DNA of 31,686 bases from contig JALVPN010000143.1 in assembly GCA_027031765.1 (NCBI GenBank), positions 1 to 31,686 of the forward strand, in the 5' to 3' direction. This stretch comes from Promethearchaeota archaeon. Its GTDB lineage: Archaea > Asgardarchaeota > Thorarchaeia > Thorarchaeales > Thorarchaeaceae. Made by a program: the position numbers and the translations under genes. Positions 27,834-31,686 of the stretch are shown piece by piece; position 1 is the first letter of the stretch, and each line of letters opens with the position of its first letter. The notes beneath the pieces are model-generated. The model worked only from the letters and a program-made list of their open reading frames with translations. It made no database searches and was not told the origin of the DNA.

Positions 27834-28012
27834 TGGCAATGTTGTGGTGGCAGCAATCCGGCAACGCGTACCTGTGCCCCGTGATGTACCGGACGGGGTA
27901 TGCCACAATGCATATCTTGGCACGGTCACACTGGCTCTAGTGTGGAATGTCAGATGGGAGCCGCCTGACAGACCAGTGATATGCTGGAATGCGTCCCCAG
28001 ACAACATTGCCA
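27834..28012 (+). repeat. 179-bp element bounded by ~30-bp imperfect inverted repeats (MITE-like or structured RNA)
   Basis: Perfect 12-bp TGGCAATGTTGT/ACAACATTGCCA, then 10/11 pairing GCAATCCGGCA/TGCTGGAATGC, with four internal hairpins. Confidence 0.5.
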
Positions 28013-28038
28013 CATCTCAGACGTTGGCAGTGGTGCTC

Positions 28039-30156
28039 ATGATACATCTCATTGGTGTCCTGTCAACGGGGGGCGTAGCAGTGGAGTGCAGGGGGGACAA
28101 GGGGGGAGGTGTGGCACTGTTGGGGGCACTCATAGAGGCGGCGCGCGCACTCAGTACGGTCGTCGTTGCAGAGGAGATCCTGAAGCTCGACTTTCGTAAC
28201 AAGAAGCTGCTCGTATCAGAGTGCAAGAAGGGCTACTGTGTTGCCGCCCTCGTTGACAGGGCAGAGGACTATGTTGACACACTACTACGGGTCATAGCTG
28301 AGAGGATTGACGCATCGCCAATTGCAGTAGCGGATGGCTGTGTTTCTGACGAACACAAGGCCATCGTCGGACAGATATTGGACACATACGTGGTCTACGA
28401 GATTGACAGCACCCTGGAGAGCGTGATGCGCGAGGTATATGAGCCACTCGTGTCGGCGCTGCAGCACCACCCCACGTACTCGGCGCATCTGAGTGGGCAT
28501 GACAATACACAGGAGGAGAGTACTGAGCACTGGGAACAGGTAGTGCATGACTGTGTTGCCTCAATAGAACACGCTGTCGCATATGCGCGGACGGGGCAGT
28601 TCGAGAAGACATGCGCAGCCTGTATGTCCTTGGGAGGACGATGGGTCAGGGCGGCAATAGGAGCCGGACTGCTGGCCCGCAACATGACAAAGACTGCCAC
28701 ACCCCCAGTCGAGGTACTGGACGGACTGCTCGACTCGCTGGACGACGATAGCCCACTTGATGACCTGGCACGTGCGGCAGTCGGACGCCTGACAGGGAAG
28801 ACCGCCCCGATTGACTATGCACATTCATACCGGTATGCTGCGGAGAACTTCCAGTTCCACAGTGAGGGGGGGAATGTCCTCGATGCCCTCCTGCTTGCAA
28901 GTACGTATGCTGCCAGAGTCCCGGAGTTCGCCTCACGACTGGTTGAGTTCTTCAGGACACACAACATGGAGATTGTTGCCGAGTCCATCACGGCTGCGGT
29001 GGACAGGAATAGGCTCTTCAATGAGATTGTGTACTCGATTACGAGCTATGACGGGTTCAGGGAGGAGCTTGAACGTCGCCGTGCCCAAGTCACAACAGCC
29101 ATCGGACGCATTGAGAGCGCCCTTGATGTCGTCGCCTCAGGTGACACGTCGGGTCGGGCACGGGTGCCAGCACTCATGGGGACACTGCATCTGCAGAACT
29201 ACATCACACTGATGACTGCAATGGCAGAGTCACCTGTGTTGTCGGCAGCTGAGAGGAAACGGACGCTTGCCAATGTCATCAAGACCTACAGGCAGTACTT
29301 CAGGCCGCTGCTAGACGTTGACCTGCCGCTGTTCACTTTCACGGTCAACAGCGTCTTCCAGAGCATGGCGGTGGCAATGGCAGAGTACTACCACCTGACA
29401 ACAGGCGAGGGACGTGACTTGATACTGGCGGACATGGCCGACTTCCTCCAGAGCATATACTCGCTTGTGAAACATGGAGCACCACACATTGGAGAGCAGC
29501 TGTCGCTCGGTGTCATCACCACTGCTGTGAGCCCCGTCCTGACGATGGCTGGAGAACTCCACCATGCCGAAGTGCGACTGGTCCTCACAGCCATCGGGCA
29601 CCAGAGCGTAAGAGACATTGATGCCCAACGCCTCCTCGACCCACGTTCGTTCGCCACGAACTTTGCAAACACGCTCGTTACCACGGCATCACTCTCAGCA
29701 AAAGTGTTGAGGGGTGACACACGCGACCGTGTGCTCAGCAGGGCAGTATGGGACATCCTGAAGACGCACTGTTTCTTCGTCACCATAGGCATTGTAATCC
29801 GTGACGACATTATGAGTGCGACGTACCTTGCAGCCGAGGCCGTTGACGGCTTCGAGGAATCCAGGCTGCGGGAGGTTGTGGACATTGTGTGCATGCTGAA
29901 CCGGGTGGCTGTGCAGAATCCCGCCAAGTATGACTACGAAGTGGCCGTGATGGCATACCCATACCTGCACTTCCTGGTAAATGCATGGAAACGACTTGGT
30001 GACGAGGACATCCTCAATGAAGCACAGGGAGTCATGACGACAGCGGTGTGTGCATGGCGCAAGTACGGGTTTGAGGAGAAGGCCGCGGAGCTTGAAGGTG
30101 AGTTCGGGCGGGCCATCACACCATATGGAGGTGGGACACAGTCGCATGTCTACTGA
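28039..30156 (+). CDS. Hypothetical protein, N-terminal longin-like domain plus long alpha-helical (solenoid-like) region, 705 aa
   Basis: ATG 28039 gives MIHLIGVLSTGGVAV...LLGALIEAARAL...LDFRNKKLLV...VAALVD, a longin-like pattern. The upstream in-frame extension to 27643 reads as non-coding. Confidence 0.7.
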   Translation: MIHLIGVLSTGGVAVECRGDKGGGVALLGALIEAARALSTVVVAEEILKLDFRNKKLLVSECKKGYCVAALVDRAEDYVDTLLRVIAERIDASPIAVADGCVSDEHKAIVGQILDTYVVYEIDSTLESVMREVYEPLVSALQHHPTYSAHLSGHDNTQEESTEHWEQVVHDCVASIEHAVAYARTGQFEKTCAACMSLGGRWVRAAIGAGLLARNMTKTATPPVEVLDGLLDSLDDDSPLDDLARAAVGRLTGKTAPIDYAHSYRYAAENFQFHSEGGNVLDALLLASTYAARVPEFASRLVEFFRTHNMEIVAESITAAVDRNRLFNEIVYSITSYDGFREELERRRAQVTTAIGRIESALDVVASGDTSGRARVPALMGTLHLQNYITLMTAMAESPVLSAAERKRTLANVIKTYRQYFRPLLDVDLPLFTFTVNSVFQSMAVAMAEYYHLTTGEGRDLILADMADFLQSIYSLVKHGAPHIGEQLSLGVITTAVSPVLTMAGELHHAEVRLVLTAIGHQSVRDIDAQRLLDPRSFATNFANTLVTTASLSAKVLRGDTRDRVLSRAVWDILKTHCFFVTIGIVIRDDIMSATYLAAEAVDGFEESRLREVVDIVCMLNRVAVQNPAKYDYEVAVMAYPYLHFLVNAWKRLGDEDILNEAQGVMTTAVCAWRKYGFEEKAAELEGEFGRAITPYGGGTQSHVY

Positions 30157-30535
30157 CTGGACGCGTCCAGCAGCCACGATACCAATGACTGTAGGGAGGC
30201 CATTGTTGCAGGAGCCGAGGATGTTTCAGGGTCGCGGCGAACATCAGTGACCTGTTTGACAGATGTGTTGACGCTGGTCGTACATTATCAGGTGGCCCCG
30301 TGAAGCATCGCACCACGAGTCTACGCAAGATTGACTTCAATACACTAAAGAGGGTGCTTCACAAGAGGGCTCAAGCGCATCTATGCCCAATGCTTCGCGG
30401 AGCATTGCACAACAGAAAACCCATGAGTTGCCACGGCTTGTTGTGACACGACCATTGGGCCTTTGTAGTCAGGTCAATGACAGCAGGTCATCTGTCAAGG
30501 AAGATTCGCAATCATCTGTTTCCAGGTGATTGATT

Positions 30536-31126
30536 GTGGGGTCAGGCGCCGAAACCATAGTCGACGAGACCGTGGACATCGACGCTGGTGACTTCTGGGA
30601 CATTTCGTTTGAGGCACAGAAGGGGGATACTATTACGGTGGCCGTCTGGGAGCTGGACGGTTACGACTTCGATGTCTTCATCCTTCGTGATGGTGATGTG
30701 GACGACAACTGGCTCTTGGATGATCATGCGCTCCTCGCAGCGGAACGCGAAATATACTGTCGTCGCCGATATCCGTTTCCAGAAACTGGCGTGTTTCATC
30801 TAGTTGTCAGCTGTATTCGTGCCCGGGAAGTCCCCCGCGAAGTACATGTGAAGATCACAAGGGAGAGAAAAGTCGAAAAAGTCGATGATGCACATCCAGT
30901 GCCAATGTCACGGGGAGCACTGGAGATGTCAGTACAATCGTCCTCTAGCGGCTGGTCGCATAGAGGCATGGCAACCCTCCTCGCAATTGTCGTTCTACTC
31001 ATTTCCGTCACTGTAGTCGCCTATATAGTCCACCCCGGGCTTGGTGCTGCTGTTGTCCTTGTCAGCGGCCTATTGGGCGGACTCTTTCGAAAGGAAATCC
31101 GAGGAGCACTGGGACTTCACTCGTGA
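30536..31126 (+). CDS. Hypothetical membrane protein, emp24/GOLD-like beta-sandwich plus two C-terminal TM helices
   Basis: Alternating beta pattern DIDAGDFWDISFEAQKGDTITVAV...DFDVFIL and two hydrophobic helices at the end. GTG 30536 is spaced correctly from AGGTGA. Confidence 0.6.
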   Translation: MGSGAETIVDETVDIDAGDFWDISFEAQKGDTITVAVWELDGYDFDVFILRDGDVDDNWLLDDHALLAAEREIYCRRRYPFPETGVFHLVVSCIRAREVPREVHVKITRERKVEKVDDAHPVPMSRGALEMSVQSSSSGWSHRGMATLLAIVVLLISVTVVAYIVHPGLGAAVVLVSGLLGGLFRKEIRGALGLHS

Positions 31127-31284
31127 GTGACAGTCAGCAGGGCGTCGATAAGCCAACGTTTGCAACAATCCGAGTCAGAAGATACTGAATTCATCGTTTC
31201 ATAGAGGTGGTCTGCAGAGGACGATGGCACGACACGCGACTCCTTGAGCAACTCTAGGTACTGCGCGAGCCACACTTTCTGTCC

Positions 31285-31686
31285 GCACGCCTCGGGCATT
31301 AGTAGCGGTGAGCTGAACACCTCGCCCGGAGGCTTGGTGCTTACACCCCCGCCCTATTCACCTCGTCTTCTACGAGAGCCCTCGTTCACAGACTCGACGT
31401 TGCTGTCACCAACCCCGTCGTCCCTCTCGGGAACGTCTGCAAAGTGGGTGTCTATTTTCGGGTCCGGCTTCGCGCTTAGATGCATTCAGCGCTTATCCGT
31501 TACGGCTTAGCTACCCGACAGTGCCCTTCCGGACAATCGGTACACCATAGGCCGCGACGAAGCGTTCCTCTCGTACCGGCTACATCTTGCCCTCAGACAC
31601 CCGACAGCGCCAATAGATAGAAACCAACCTGTCTCGCAACGGTCTAAACCCAGCTCACGTTCGGTTTTAATCGGTGAGCACCCGCA
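31285..31686 (-). rRNA. rrl: 23S rRNA, 3'-terminal ~400 nt (continues beyond window; 3' end approximate)
   Basis: The reverse complement has GAGCTGGGTTTAGACCG, the sarcin-ricin loop GTACGAGAGGAAC, CGGATAAGCGCTGAATGCATCTAAG and an archaeal-type end GGGCGGGGGTGTAAGC...GTTCAGC. Confidence 0.97.

Noticed and set aside
27187-30156. One frame open from 27187 to 30156 except for a single TGA at 27637, suggesting read-through
   Set aside because: The 27643-28038 translation looks non-coding, the hydrolase tail continues in a different frame, and a better start exists at 28039.
30157-31284. Slightly lower GC around the last CDS, suggesting horizontal transfer
   Set aside because: The by-eye estimate varies from line to line, and there are no mobility genes or boundary repeats.
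1-31686. CRISPR array or tandem DNA repeats
   Set aside because: No regularly spaced direct repeats were seen. The TrmB rod periodicity is at the protein level only.

Overview
An archaeal chromosomal window, densely coding and with no integrase, transposase or CRISPR array. The lineage is inferred to be Asgard, possibly Thorarchaeota-like, from a longin-like protein, tandem HdrA proteins and an enlarged 23S helix-98/ES39. From left to right it holds: a Zn/Mn-type ABC uptake locus (partial permease, ATPase, NikR-family regulator, divergent substrate-binding protein); two convergent heterodisulfide reductase units (tandem HdrA + DUF2096 on +, and tandem HdrA-MvhD/hdrC/hdrB on -) with an ADP-ribosylglycohydrolase between them; tRNA-Ala(CGC); a SAM methyltransferase; two OsmC paralogs; valS; a secreted membrane-anchored protein; pyrH; a wHTH regulator; a 1089-aa TrmB-family protein split by ~820 aa of 11-residue-periodic helix; intron-containing tRNA-Leu(CAA); an unannotated 31-codon ORF in a structured transcript; polX/PHP; a URO-D-family protein; a stand-alone Lrp/AsnC domain; a doubly frameshifted hydrolase pseudogene; a 179-bp inverted-repeat-bounded element; a longin-like/helical-repeat protein; a GOLD-like membrane protein; and the 3' end of 23S rRNA. 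The best leads are the TrmB-hendecad rod, the sORF unit, the 179-bp element, the asymmetric HdrA flavin modules and the rRNA variants. All family calls come from motif recognition by eye, not database searches.
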